DNA from: Eledone cirrhosa
Lineage: Eukaryota
DNA length: 64,000 bases
Direction: 5' to 3'
Assembly: GCA_964016885.1 (NCBI GenBank)
Contig: OZ024743.1
Span: 281,170,001 to 281,234,000 of the forward strand
A model generated the notes under the pieces. That model saw nothing but the letters and a program-made list of their open reading frames with translations, did not search any database and was not told the DNA's origin. Positions 13,861-28,080 of the stretch are shown here, in pieces; the first letter of the stretch is position 1; every line of letters starts with the position of its first letter. The position numbers were made by a program, and so were the translations under genes.

Positions 13861-15332
13861 TTTCTTCTTTCTTACCCTGTTTTTCTCTCACTGCTCACCT
13901 ACACACCCCTTTCCACTGTTTCCACATGCTTCAATATTTTACACTTCAGATTTTTAGCCATTTCACTGAATTGTTCGATCGATCCTCTATTACGCTAGTT
14001 GCTGTTGTTTTTATTTGCATCACCATCATTCTCATCATCATCATTATTATCCTCATTATTAATATTAATATTATTATTACTACTACTATTATCATTATCA
14101 TCATCATCATCACCTTTATCATTATAATTATTATCATTATTATTATTACCATTATTATTATTATTATTATTACTACTACTACTACTACTATTTTTATTAG
14201 TAGTAGTATTATAATCATCATTAATACCATGATTCTTATGAATACCATCCTCATCAGCATCATTTTCTGAATACTATCATCATCATCATCATCATCGTCG
14301 TCATTATCGTCAAATTTTTTTTTCGACTTTTCAGCAAATAACCAGTTGAAAAATATATTTTGTATTGCAAATTTTATTTTTCATTTTCTACATATTTTTA
14401 TAAGTTTTCTTTCCTTTTTCTCCTCTGTCCTTTTCATTTTTATTGTTATTGTTATTGTTATTGTTAATGTTATTGCTATTTTATTTTATTTTTGTAAAAG
14501 AGAGCTGTAAGATACATCGGAAGATAAAGTATGGAACTGCTGCCAAAATATCATTGGTAGAAGTTCTATAGAAGTTATATAAGCTGTCAGAGAGAGTGTA
14601 ATGTTTAATAGTAACATAACGAGTTGTATGTAACAGCCAATATGTAATAGTTGAATCTATCAAATTGTAGGGACGACACCAATTGGTATAGAGTTCAGTT
14701 GTCGCAAAACCACTATTATTGTACACAAGAGGGACTTTTATTATTATTACTACCATTGTTATTGTAGTTGTTGCTGCCGTCTTCCCCAACGTTGCCATTA
14801 TTATCACATTGTATTGTGGTATTGTGGCATAACAGACGTAGTTAAAATATTGGGGGCGCTCCAGATTTTTTTTCAAATTGTCCTTGATGCGATCGTTTTG
14901 AATATTAGTAATTAGTAAACGCAGCCATTTTTTTTTCCTTTTGCAAATATATATTTCGTATACGATGTGTGCATATACATATAAATACGTATATATATAT
15001 GTGAGTGTGGGTGTATGTGTGTGAGTGTGTGTATGTGTGTGTGTTTGTGTGTATGCTTCTGTGTACATGAGTATGTTTTGTAATACGGCCAGTAATGCAC
15101 GATTGGTCTAAAGTAGTAGCAAAATAATTCATTCTTCATGCCATGCACTCTTTAGAAAAAAATTGTTCCCAAACAATATAATAGTTCTACTCCAGCCAAC
15201 AATATATCTTATGGGCGTTTGTGTCTGTGTGTGTGTACATGTATGTGCGTGTGTGTATGTATATATACATACATGCATATATATATATACATATATATAT
15301 ACATATACATATATATAAATACATATATATAC

Positions 15333-15447
<115 letters not shown>

Positions 15448-15499
15448 TTTATATATATATATATAGATATAGATATATATAGATATATATAGAGATATT

Positions 15500-15542
<43 letters not shown>

Positions 15543-16394
15543 CATACATACATATAGGTATGCATGTATATACATACATACGTACTGTATGCGTGTATGT
15601 GTGAGCGTAGTATGTATTTATATATATATATGAATATGTGTACCTTTTTGATTATACAATTTAACATGTTTATAACAGTTTCGTCTATAAGATAGATAAG
15701 TACTTAACTTATCTAGCTATACTGACATTCCACTCGAGAAAAAATAAACTAAATCACTTCTAAAAGACAGGGCAATATTTTAATACATCTCTAGAGTCAG
15801 TTTTTCTTGTCCGTTAAACTTTTGGGTGAATATTTCTGATTGAGAGTATTACATTTATTGATAAACTATGAGTTAAGTTTTTACTTTGTACTATAGATTT
15901 TATAAAAACATTATTATAGAAGAAATTTATCTAAAAATAATTGTATATTAGAACTTCCAGACAACGAAAGCTCTTCTTTCGCGTGATATTATATTTTTTC
16001 TTAACACCAATATTAGGTAAAAAAAAACAAAAAACAGATATACACATGGACACTGCCACCGCACGAACTACGTCCATAGTGATTACTAGCCATCTGCGGT
16101 ACCAATTACACTACAAAACAATCTACCAATCCCTGCAATAGATATTATAACTTAACACGGTTGTCTGGGATGCAATAAATATGTGGTTCAACTCTCAGTT
16201 GTAAGCCACTTTGTCTTTTCTGCCACAAATTGGTAGTTAATGTATTTAATATAAATGTTACATATATTACAAGGGTCGGGGTGAAAAATCCATACGCTGA
16301 AAGGTTCTTAGGTTGACCAAGATACTCTCATGGAATGACCAAATGAGGTTTGTTTTTCAACATAGTCCCTGGAAAAAACAATGCAGGTATATAT

Positions 16395-16813
16395 ATATAT
16401 ATATGAATGTATATATAGTGTATTTTGCAATACACTGTATGCTTAATTAAAATCATTTCGAAGACCTTACGCTATTGTTTTAGAGTAGTGACAGTCTCAC
16501 TTACTTTAAATTTTCAGCAAACAGGGGAGATAAAGCTGACAGAGCTCTATTTCGTACTTTTTGGTACTTATCAAAGCTGAGTACTCCACCTGTTTGCTGA
16601 AAATCATGAATGTTTGATTCTTATAGAATTCTAGTAATAATCAGGAACTGATTATGCAAAGCGGTTGCCGGTCTGCATAATCAGTTCCTGAGACTGTCAC
16701 TACTAAAACAATAGCGTAAGGTCTTCGAAATGCTTTTAATTAAGCATACAGTGTATTGCAAAATACACTATATATACATTCATATATATATCGCTATTTC
16801 AGAGCACCAATTC

Positions 16814-16818
<5 letters not shown>
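16395..16818 (-). mobile_element. Fold-back element family D with U3-A8 hammerhead (16534-16578)
   Basis: ~100 bp inverted arms (16395-16499 / 16689-16790); minus strand agct-TTGATAA-gtac..gtac-GAAA-TAGAGCTCTG-TC-agct; homologous to 51415-51685. Confidence 0.75.
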
Positions 16819-16847
<29 letters not shown>

Positions 16848-16850
<3 letters not shown>

Positions 16851-17422
16851 CGCTTTTGTTTTGTAAGATTTTTTAACTGAAAATGTGTTTTAAAACAGAT
16901 ATTGCTATACTTTTGGAGGATCATGCTGCCGATTAAAAACACACGCACCTGTGGGTTTCACTTCAATCTATTATAATAATTTCCCACTCGGTTAGTTTAA
17001 TAACCGGTTGGTTGTTTAGTTGTTGATTGTCACCAAAGCTCTTTCGTCGCACATTCCGTGACCTCCTCAGCGACGACTTTTGTTGTTATTTTGTGTCTCT
17101 CCTTTGTTCTGTCTTTCACCATCTTGTTTTTGTGAGCTGTGTACTTAGGCTGCGCATGAGTTATATCTGGGTTTGCGTGTGTGTTTATTTAATTATTTAT
17201 GAATAATCAAAAAATAAATAAATATATATATAAACACACAGAAACCCGGATATAACAAAGGAGAGACGCAGAATAACAACGAAACACCTTTGATGATAAT
17301 CCACAACTAAATGACCATCCGGTTATTATACTAACTGACTGGGAAATTATAATAATAAATTGAAGTGAAACCCACAGGTGCGTGTGTATTATTGGCAGCA
17401 TGACCCTCCCAAAATATAACAA
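16848..17422. mobile_element. Family B: two diverged pLTR-like units in inverted orientation; HHR-like motif at 17029-17077 (-)
   Basis: 16899-17048 is an imperfect reverse complement of 17277-17422; CTGAGGA-ggtcac..tgcgac-GAAA; homologous to 56000-56455. Confidence 0.7.
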
Positions 17423-17445
17423 TATATATATATATATATATATAT

Positions 17446-17717
17446 AAGTTAAAACAATGAAATAAGAAATCAAGTCATTAAAGATATACTTCACTGCTTT
17501 ACGATCGTTTCTAGATGGTGATAATACATTGTATCTATACTCAGTAATTGATCTACGTAAGGTTATTTACAAACTATCAGATAAAGAGAATATTTACTTA
17601 CATGCATATCACCAGCTATTTTCAAAAGCAATAATAATTTTATTCAATAATAATTTTACTCAGAATTAGTAGCATGTTAGTATTATGTCCTTATTTGGAG
17701 GTAGTTGAAGAACTAAC
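17446..17717 (-). repeat. 3' pseudo-LTR of the PLE
   Basis: Near-identical to 22176-22442; ends at AACTT|ATATAT in an (AT)n tract. Confidence 0.9.
17494..17631 (-). ncRNA. Type I hammerhead ribozyme, UUGAAAA (U3-A8) core, extended stem II
   Basis: Minus strand: ttgctt-TTGAAAA-long stem II (ggtgata...tatcacc)-GAAA-CGATCG-TA-aagcag. Confidence 0.7.
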
Positions 17718-18390
17718 CAATCAAATTGTTTTTTTCATATGGTGTTAAGATGAAAAGTAATATACTTTAGTTGAGGTCATGACCCTTTGAAAGGAATGGT
17801 TGAAGGGTGTTAGTAGAGTTGGCATAAAAATCTATTAGGAAGGAAGGGGATTGTCAAACTGATAGTTGAATGTATCTGGTATAGTGAATTCAAACAGAAT
17901 GTCAAAATAAATGGTGATTAGTGTTGTATTGAGTTTTAAGGTGAATATAAATTAATGTTATGGCTAGGAAAGATAGTATATTAAAAGATGAAAATTATAA
18001 TAAGATAATGAAATACAGTAATGCGATAATATACAACTTAACCAACACAATATAGTACGGTGTGGTAAACTGCATTTAATATAATATAGCATATGATACG
18101 TTCTAAAATACTATCAAGTATGTTTATGCATAAATAATCAAACTCAGATAAATATATGTTGGCATAGTTAAAACATATAAATTTCATAGATTACAAAGTG
18201 CATATACCCACACTATATGTAGAGAGAGGTACAGTTAAATTGATATCTAACCAAAAATATGCATACGTACAAATAGATGCAAACCTAAATACACATCCAC
18301 ACGCATGCATATAATCATATATATATACATATCCATACATATCTATATTCACACATACACATCTATACCCCCATATATACATATACATAT

Positions 18391-18431
<41 letters not shown>

Positions 18432-18519
18432 CACACACACACTCATACATACATATATACATATACATCCATATATACACACACACATACATACATACAT
18501 ACATACATACATACATACA

Positions 18520-18658
<139 letters not shown>

Positions 18659-18786
18659 AATACACACACACATACACATATATATACACATGTGTGAGTA
18701 TATGTACACTCCTCTTACATGTGCACATACTCATATATAAACATTCATACACCTATACTCACATATACACACACACAAACACACAC

Positions 18787-18857
<71 letters not shown>

Positions 18858-18913
18858 CACCTACACACATACATATACAAGCATATACATATATACACAT
18901 ATACACATACATA

Positions 18914-19067
<154 letters not shown>

Positions 19068-19311
19068 TATAGACACACATACATATATTTCCATATCATA
19101 CATAGATGTATATTTTTACTCATGCAATTACGGGTGGTTGTGTATCTTGTTGCCTTTAGTTATTAACGCATAAATCTAAGGAAGCTAAAACATTAAAAGG
19201 CAAAAATAAGCATGAAAGCATATAATTAGGGGAAAGAGGTACTAATAAATGTTACTCCATACGGAATTATAGTGAGTTGCTATTTAGAATATTTAATTAC
19301 GTTTATAGTAT

Positions 19312-21950
19312 TTAATTAGGCTTATAGTATTTAAATGTTTTTCGTATACGGTGATTACAGACTATGATCAATTCCTGTCTTTTATTTAATAAATCGTCCT
19401 TAGATTTAGTAATTTCCAAGATCTCTCCTGAACATAATCTGCATTCCCTCCTGTTCCCAAGATATGGAGTTTTTTGTAGAATGGTGTTCCACGATAACTT
19501 GAAATCTATTTTTTCTTTTTATAATTATTTACCGCTTCAGCTAAAGATGTGGTGTTTGCTAGTTTAGTATTGTTGAAACTACTAGAGTGTGCGTAAAATC
19601 TTTTATTAAATGTGTTTGATGTCGATCCTATATATGTTTTGTTGGAGTCTGTAGTAGACACAGTTCATTTATATATTACATTATTAATCAAACAGTTTCC
19701 ATTTAAGGGGCAAATTCTTCTATTTCTGCAATTACAGCCATACGTAAGATGGTATTTTGGGGTGCCTATACTATTCTCATTAATCCTTGAGCTATTCCTA
19801 TTGTAATTAATGATAGCAGGAGAATGAAGGTTGCTTTGTAGGTGGTTTGGTGCTAGAGTTGTATTGTAATTTTGTGTTCTGTTGTTTTTGTGTTGGTGAT
19901 TTGGGTGGTTGTGTTTTCTAGGTTGAAGGATTGTATTATTTGTCTTTTTAAAAGGTGCAGTCCTATTTAAATTATGTTGCGGTGGTGTAGTCATATTATT
20001 TTTAAGTTTATAAATGTTGTAGTTGCTTATTTTTTGTTTGAGATTGCTTGATGTAGAGTATGAGAATTTAACAGTATATTTGTTAAATATTTGGTGGTAT
20101 CTGTGGTTTGGTGGAAAATGTTTATGTAGTATTTCAAAGAATTTTGGAGGGATTTGTCCAATAGTTTGCACGTTGAAGGGTGCATTGTACCATGTTATGT
20201 TTCTTTTGCGGTTTTTAGTTAAGTTTTTATTATCCCTTATATTATTGTGTTGTGTTCCGGAAGAATTCCTATGGTTAGTGTCCTTATTTGTGGAATTTGG
20301 TAAATTATCGTGGTTGTGTTTGGTGTTATTTTGGGGTAGATTATGAGATTTTGAGTGCTTGGTATTCATATGTGGGTTGATAACATTGGTCATAGATCGT
20401 GTAGTAATAGTTGTTGTGGTTTTTCGGTTGTTTGGTGTAATAGGAATAACCACTTTAGGTATTTGTTTCAATGGTATTTTATGGTGTTTGTAGTTTTTGT
20501 TAGGTTTTATGTTTTGGTCCATAGTAGTGTTGGGGATATATGAGATTTGTTATTTATATCCACTTCTAGTTAAGGCCTCGTTGTAGAAGGGTGCATTATT
20601 ATAAAATATATCTTCATTGGAAGATAATTTAGAAAGTCTAAGAGATATGTTATATACTAAGTTCTTCAGTATAGAGCCAGGGTGGCTAGATCGTGAATGT
20701 ACATAATGTAGATTCTGGTTAGGTTTGTGATATGGTTGATAAGTATTCGTAGAGAGATCTAAGGTAACATCAAGGAAATTAGCTACTTTTGAAGTGTTTT
20801 CAAAAGTGATGCTAAGGCTATAATAGTCCTTGAGGAATTTTCTAATTTGTTTTTTGTTCTTCTCTATATTGGAATTGCTAAGATTGTTAGATATCAATAG
20901 ACAATCATCCCGATAAAGACCACCTTTGAGATGGGGAAAAGAGTCATGAATGTTATAGAGGAGAAATAGTCCAACGAGGTCTGTAACTTGAGCAGAGTTC
21001 ATGGATCCCATCGTAATATCGAATAAGTTGTTATACGTGTTTCTTGTCCAATATTCATCTTGGAAGTTTAGTAAGGTTTTTCTAGCGTGAGTTATGATGT
21101 TGATTTCCTCAGTAGATAAATCCGATCTATTTCTGGCAAAGATCAGTGCTTTGTTTAAAAGAATTGGCGAAATCGAAGAATAGTAGGAATCGATGTCGAA
21201 TTGAATGAATGAAGCTGAGTTTTTATTCTCAATGCTAGTAAACCATTCGATAACTTGGGAAGTGTTATCCCATAGTGGATGCGTTACAAATTTTCTAATT
21301 TGCGGAACGATACGATCAATAATCTTTTTGCTGATATTACCGATATCAGATTTTGATGGGCATATCAGTCTAATAGATGGGTTCGAGTTAAAGTCAGATT
21401 TATGGTCTTTCAGGTTGAAGTGTGGGCTTTTAGGCGTGAAAGGCTCAGTCCTATCTTCAATCTGGAGGTTTTTTACTATATCACATGATATGTTGTTCAA
21501 GGATGTTAATGCGGTGGTATTTGCTTTCTTATAGTTCTTTCTAAGTGCTTTATATATGAACTGGTTATATTTATCGATATCCATATGGTACAAGTTACCA
21601 GTTTTGTCAGACTGGACATGGACCTTTTTTGAATTTTTCAGTTGTAGAAGGATAGAGTCCAATCCCTTTTGGGATTCTGATTTGTACTTTCTGAACTTTA
21701 TGTTTTTAATCAAATTCAGTAGGGCGCTCTCAAAATTTTCCAGTTGAATATTATGAGGAGGATTGTTGTATGTTTTGAATCCATAGCGGTACTTCATTTC
21801 ATTTGTATTAGTTTTGTTGTCAAAATGGTAGGCCCTCCATCTCATTCTCCTAATAAATTGGTTAGTTTTTTGTATGAGTAAGAGTAGATATTGATCTTTA
21901 GGTGGAATTGGAATATTCTTCAACGAAGTACCCAAATATTGTTTTTCCAT
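19312..21950 (-). pseudogene. PLE polyprotein: reverse transcriptase + C-terminal GIY-YIG endonuclease, disrupted
   Basis: N-terminus SLKNIPIP..RRMRWRAYHF; RT motifs QFDIDSYYSSI, ITMGS, GGLYRDDCL, NFLDVTLDL; linker RNITWYNAPF; CNCR..CPLNGNC; VIYK*TV..TYIGST..F.KRF..H; C-terminal ECRLC..LLNKRQEL..CNH. ORFs 20550-21950 and 19665-20522 are in the same frame, separated by TAA (20550-20552). A TGA follows at 19665-19667 and a frameshift in the A-run near 19510. Confidence 0.92.
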
Positions 21951-22175
21951 TGTGATACAGGAATTAGATAAAAAAAAAAAAAAGAGCTCAACTAAATATT
22001 ATAATCAATTATGAAAAATATATTGAAGGAGCAAAATGCACAGAGGTATCCACTGTAAGTTGTGGGGTTTATTCTGCATGAAGAACTCGATGTAATCCAT
22101 ATGTTGAAAATGTTGTAGGTTAAGATAAATCTCAGAAAACAATAAAGCATTAAAAGGAAAACAGAGTCATGATAT

Positions 22176-22442
22176 AAGTTAAAACAGTGAAATAAAAATC
22201 AAGTCATTAAATATATACTTCACTGCTTTACGATCGTTTCTAGATGGTGATAATACATTGTATCTATACTCAGTTATTGATCTATGTAAGTTTACAAACT
22301 ATCAGATAGAGAGAATATTTACTTACATGCATATCACCAGCTGTTTTCAAAAGCAATAATAATTTTATTAAATAATAATTTTACTCAGAATTAGTAGCAT
22401 GTTAGTATTATGTCCTTATTTGGAGGTAGTTGAAGAACTAAC
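22176..22442 (-). repeat. 5' pseudo-LTR of the PLE
   Basis: Near-identical to 17446-17717. Confidence 0.9.
22223..22356 (-). ncRNA. Type I hammerhead ribozyme, UUGAAAA (U3-A8) core, extended stem II
   Basis: Same motif as 17494-17631, in the 5' pseudo-LTR. Confidence 0.7.
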
Positions 22443-22469
22443 GAATTTAATATATATATATATATAAAT

Positions 22470-23086
<617 letters not shown>

Positions 23087-23325
23087 AGTAACAGATTGAT
23101 AACAAAAACATTGTCTTATGGGAATAGAAGCACAAAAGTGTACAAACAGATATAAACCCATGCTCAATAGAAAGTAGGAATAAAATAACTTCTACCTAAT
23201 GATTGGTGGAGGACAAAATAGAACGACACATAAGAGACGGAAAAATTGGACAGCATAATCTGTGGGGTCCAAACTCACAGCTTCCATATTGGACGGCATA
23301 ACCAATCATTACTTACGATTATTAG

Positions 23326-23510
23326 TGGATTGGCAGTATCGGTAGAGGGTCGGACGCCATGCTTTGAAGCATAGAGTTACCTCCCTGTATGATCTGAGTT
23401 CAAATCCCGCCGAGGTTAACTTTGCCTTTCATCCTTACGGGGTCGATAAAATAAAGTACCAGTAATGCACTGAGATAATTTCTGGCCTTGTGCCAAAAGT
23501 AGAAACAATT
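23326..23510 (+). mobile_element. tRNA-derived SINE family 1
   Basis: Same consensus. Confidence 0.8.
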
Positions 23511-24256
23511 ATATATATAGAGAGAGAGAGTGAGAGAGAGAGAGAGAGAGAGAGTTAGGAGAAAGAGGTGGTTGGCTATTTGTAGGAGATGTGCAGGCAA
23601 GTAGGGTTGAAAAGCAGTCGGGGGGGGGGGCACTGGAGGGAGCATCCGAGTCTATCAATGGTGCTAGTATTTGTAGCGGGTGAAGTGCATTGTGTGAGTG
23701 TGGGTGTTGGAGTGTTGTATATTTTGTTCGCGATGGTGTGTATATATCTGGATGTACTATCACTGTGAATGGGGAGTTCGGCCTTTGTATATATAGGCAA
23801 ACGTTTGCTTTGCAGTTTTCGTCTACCGAATTTCATTCACAAGACATTGATCATCTCCAGGCTATAGAAGAAGATACTTGCCTAAGATTCCACGTAATGT
23901 CCAAGTATGAGAACTCGTCACTGCTGCTACATTAATGGAAAATGGAATTTGAACCAGGGCGTTACATAGTAAGCCAGAAAGACTTATATGTTCGTACATG
24001 TGAGTGCGAGTGTGCATGGGTGAGTGTTATTTGTCTGGGAGAATGTATATGTAATGGCCCTTAGTAGCCAATTAGTAATTAATTTTTCATCAGTACTGTA
24101 TTTCTAATTAAGTAGGATTTCTACCGAGACAAGTGTTAATATGCTCATAGCTATTTACCTCTCCTCGCCCGTTACCTCTCTCTCACCCTCTCTGTGTCTC
24201 TCTTTCATTTCTGCCTCCTTCACCCTCCGCACCCTCCCTATCTTTCTCTCTCTCTC

Positions 24257-24317
<61 letters not shown>

Positions 24318-24536
24318 CTCTTTCTCTTATTCTATCCATCTATATATCTGTCTATCGTTCTCTGTTTCATTCTCTTTCGTGAATGATTGGGCTCATGTAT
24401 AAAGTTTGCATATACTGTGAGCCCGGAGGCCAAATATATGAGCGTGTGTGTATGTGAATGTGCGTCTGTATACGTGTATCTGTGTCTCTGTGTGTGTTTA
24501 TATATATATATATGTATACATACATACATATATACT

Positions 24537-24598
<62 letters not shown>

Positions 24599-24740
24599 AT
24601 ATATATACAAGTATATATGTATGCAAGTATATATATATATGTACTATGGACGTATGGACGTCTGTAACTCGTATGCATATATATATGCACGCATGTATAA
24701 ATGTATGTGTGTGCACATATATATGTGTGTGTGTGTGTGT

Positions 24741-24800
<60 letters not shown>

Positions 24801-25065
24801 ATGTATATGTACAACATTTTTTTGTTCTTTTAGTGAGATTAAGGAGACAGTATATAGCCGTTGTCCACTACTGTCCCTTAAGCAACATATAATTGATGTG
24901 GTGTAAGGGATAATGTGTTATTAACGTTTTGTTTATTTGTTTTGCAACGCTTTTGTTTTTGTATTTAAGTTTACTTTCGCTGTTGTTAGTTTATAAGACG
25001 AGACCTTGCTAATTCATTGGTGTGATTTTAACTAGATATAATTGGCTAGATTTAAAGCATAATGA

Positions 25066-25096
<31 letters not shown>

Positions 25097-25398
25097 GCTG
25101 CTGCTGTTGTTGTTAGCTTCAGGCAAGCTGTGATTGGGCAGTCATGATCAAAAGGCATTCCAGCCATGACGATGGCGCGTTTTTGCATATGTGTGAATAC
25201 ATACATACATGTGTGTGCCTCTGAGTGTGTGTGCGTGCGCGTGTGTATGTGTGTGTGTGTGCGTGCGCGTGTGTATGTGTGTGTGTGTGCGTGCGCGTGT
25301 GTATGTGTGTGTGTGTGCGTCTGTATGTCTGTGTTTGTGTATGTGTATGTGTATGTGTGTGTGTCTGTCTGTGTGTGTGTGTGTGTGTGTGTGTCTGT

Positions 25399-25457
<59 letters not shown>

Positions 25458-25779
25458 TGTGTGTGCGTGTGTGTGTGTGTTTACATGAAGCATTGTGAAA
25501 TATGTGATTAGCATTGTTTTGTGAAAACTGGTACAATCCAGTAAAGTAGAGTAAGAAAACCAAACCAAAACGTTAGATTGCAGTTATAACTTATATTTCA
25601 TGTTATTTTCGTAATCCGACCCCCTTTTTCAAAAGAAAGGAAATGGGGTGTGATGGTGATGCGTTTTATATATACATAAATATAGTCAAACATTAATGCA
25701 TATAAGTAGAGAATAGAATATATTTTTATAAGAGAAATATTGACAATGACATTGAAGTTTCGTCTATGGTCTGTTGCCT

Positions 25780-25950
25780 CAAGCGAAACTTCGAAGTTAC
25801 TATCAATGTGTTCATATATATATGAATCGCTGGAGTCCGCCATAACTAGCACACTATCCAAAATAGATAAAGTTCGTCTGATTTGAGCATGTCCAAATTT
25901 CACACCTCCTATTGAAGCAGTTATTGATGCTAACGACAGATTCATTGAGT
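25780..25950 (+). pseudogene. Tc1/mariner transposase C-terminal remnant
   Basis: YESLESAI..LI*ACPNF..IEAVIDANDRFIE*. Confidence 0.55.
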
Positions 25951-26277
25951 AGATGCATCAAGAAGAGTCACAAGACTGTCCATGCCAAACTTTTCTCAGA
26001 TAAAGCTCTTCTTTCATCACATACAAATGTCTTCAAAGAACTGAGCAATCCTGTATGTAAAACATTTCAGAAATTTAACATGTAATAACCGCAAACACAC
26101 GTATCTGTATATTTTGTGTTATATAGCACATAACTCAAAATATACAGATCAAGATATTCAATAACATTCAGACCAACGCATACTAAAACACATAACGGCA
26201 TACATATAAGTGCCTAGTTGTTGTTATCAAAATTCTAATGGTGAAATAGTGTTGTTTCTGTGATAGAAACCATCTCC

Positions 26278-26339
<62 letters not shown>

Positions 26340-26342
<3 letters not shown>

Positions 26343-26541
26343 AACAAATAAGACCCCGACGGCTGAGCTCAAGCCATTTCGACGGCTAATTCTGTACTGA
26401 ATTGCGTACAGAATTAGCCGTCGAAACGGCTTGAGCTCAGCCGTCGGGGGTCTTATTTGTTCCTATTACCCACTCTACTACCCTAAGTATTGAGTACTTT
26501 GGTGCGTTATGGTCCACCTGGTTCCTTACCACATTTCCTTC

Positions 26542-26546
<5 letters not shown>
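26340..26546 (+). mobile_element. Hairpin mini-element family A, copy 3
   Basis: Palindrome 26338-26466 plus tail; inside (AT)n. Confidence 0.85.
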
Positions 26547-26591
<45 letters not shown>

Positions 26592-26596
<5 letters not shown>

Positions 26597-26735
26597 AGAG
26601 TCGGACCTAGCTGTCGAAACGGCCGGAGCTCAGCTGTCGGGGTCTTGACTCTTTTCATATTACCCACTCTACTACCCTAAGTATCGAGTACTCTGGTGCG
26701 CTATGGTCCGCCTGGTATCTTACCACCCCTTCCTT

Positions 26736-26739
<4 letters not shown>
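26592..26739 (+). mobile_element. Hairpin mini-element family A, copy 4 (left arm partly deleted)
   Basis: Same right arm and tail; subfamily closest to copy 1. Confidence 0.8.
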
Positions 26740-26779
<40 letters not shown>

Positions 26780-26918
26780 TAAAATAACAGATTAAAGTTT
26801 AAGCAAAGAATCGTTGCTTTCACCCTTAATGGGATCTTGCTCTACGGTTCTTATATATCTGATATATATTTTCCTTATCGAGCCCTCTTTGGATTTTAGT
26901 CTTCAATTTTATTATTAT

Positions 26919-27020
<102 letters not shown>

Positions 27021-27038
27021 GCTAGTCTATATCTTAAA

Positions 27039-27130
27039 ACATATCTGAGGAGATTCCGATTCCAGAGTCAGGCTCGATCATTAATAGATCGTTCTTCGAG
27101 CTGATCGACAATGAAACATATGTAATATGT
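27039..27130 (+). ncRNA. Type I hammerhead ribozyme with elaborated stem II
   Basis: acatat-CTGAGGA-...-GAAA-CATATG-TA-atatgt; homolog at 54222-54307 (-). Confidence 0.75.
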
Positions 27131-27182
27131 AATAAAATATGTATATGATGCAACACTGATTCTTTGTTCCCTTATATATTAA

Positions 27183-27320
<138 letters not shown>

Positions 27321-27434
27321 TATAGATACATATATATAAATATATAACAGAAAAGAGTGAGTGTGTTCTATTATTATTTCTGGCAATATTATTACAGCAA
27401 TATGACCCTCCCCAAGTATAACAATATATATATA

Positions 27435-27472
<38 letters not shown>

Positions 27473-27566
27473 GTAGAACACTGGAAGGTAATATCCGTAG
27501 TGGTAGAGCACTCAGTCCATGGGACGAGTTAGGTAGAAGTGGTTACATAACAGTTAGTTCACCATA

Positions 27567-27606
27567 ACGAGAACAATTGTTTCACCTTAGCGGATCCTCA
27601 GCTCGT
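27567..27606 (-). ncRNA. Minimal type I hammerhead ribozyme
   Basis: acgag-CTGAGGA-tccgctaaggt-GAAA-CAATTG-TT-ctcgt. Confidence 0.75.
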
Positions 27607-28080
27607 AATGGACATGGTTATACGGAACAAGAAGGACAACCGTACGAACGCGCATGCGCAGAAACGATCACTTCACACAGGCAATACTAAATTGAGATAA
27701 CTGCGAAAGTCAGAAAAGTTTCTAGTTGATAAGAAAATTAGGATTTTGCTGTAATTCAATCCGGAGCTTTGTAGTTATGTAAGAGGTGTTTCCAGACGTG
27801 TGGACAACGTGTGAAGAATTCATTTCTCGTGTTTAGGCAATCACTATTGCGTAATCTCTTTAGAATATTTATTCGTTCATCAATACATAGTCCACACGAC
27901 AGATTGCCCCTTGCGTATGGCTTGGACTTATTGATGGCTTTCCATTGAATGGAGTAGTCTATACTTGAGTCCTTGAGGGACGAATACGTGGCTCGCGAGT
28001 TTCGTGGATGAGCGTCTGTCCGGGTACCTAAAGGTCGACTGGTGGTTCAGGAAGCGTTCCTTAAATCGGCCCTCCGCCAT

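Noticed and set aside
14481-15068. 195 aa ORF as a host exon
   Set aside because: Starts in a CA repeat, includes low-complexity stretches and has no recognisable domain.
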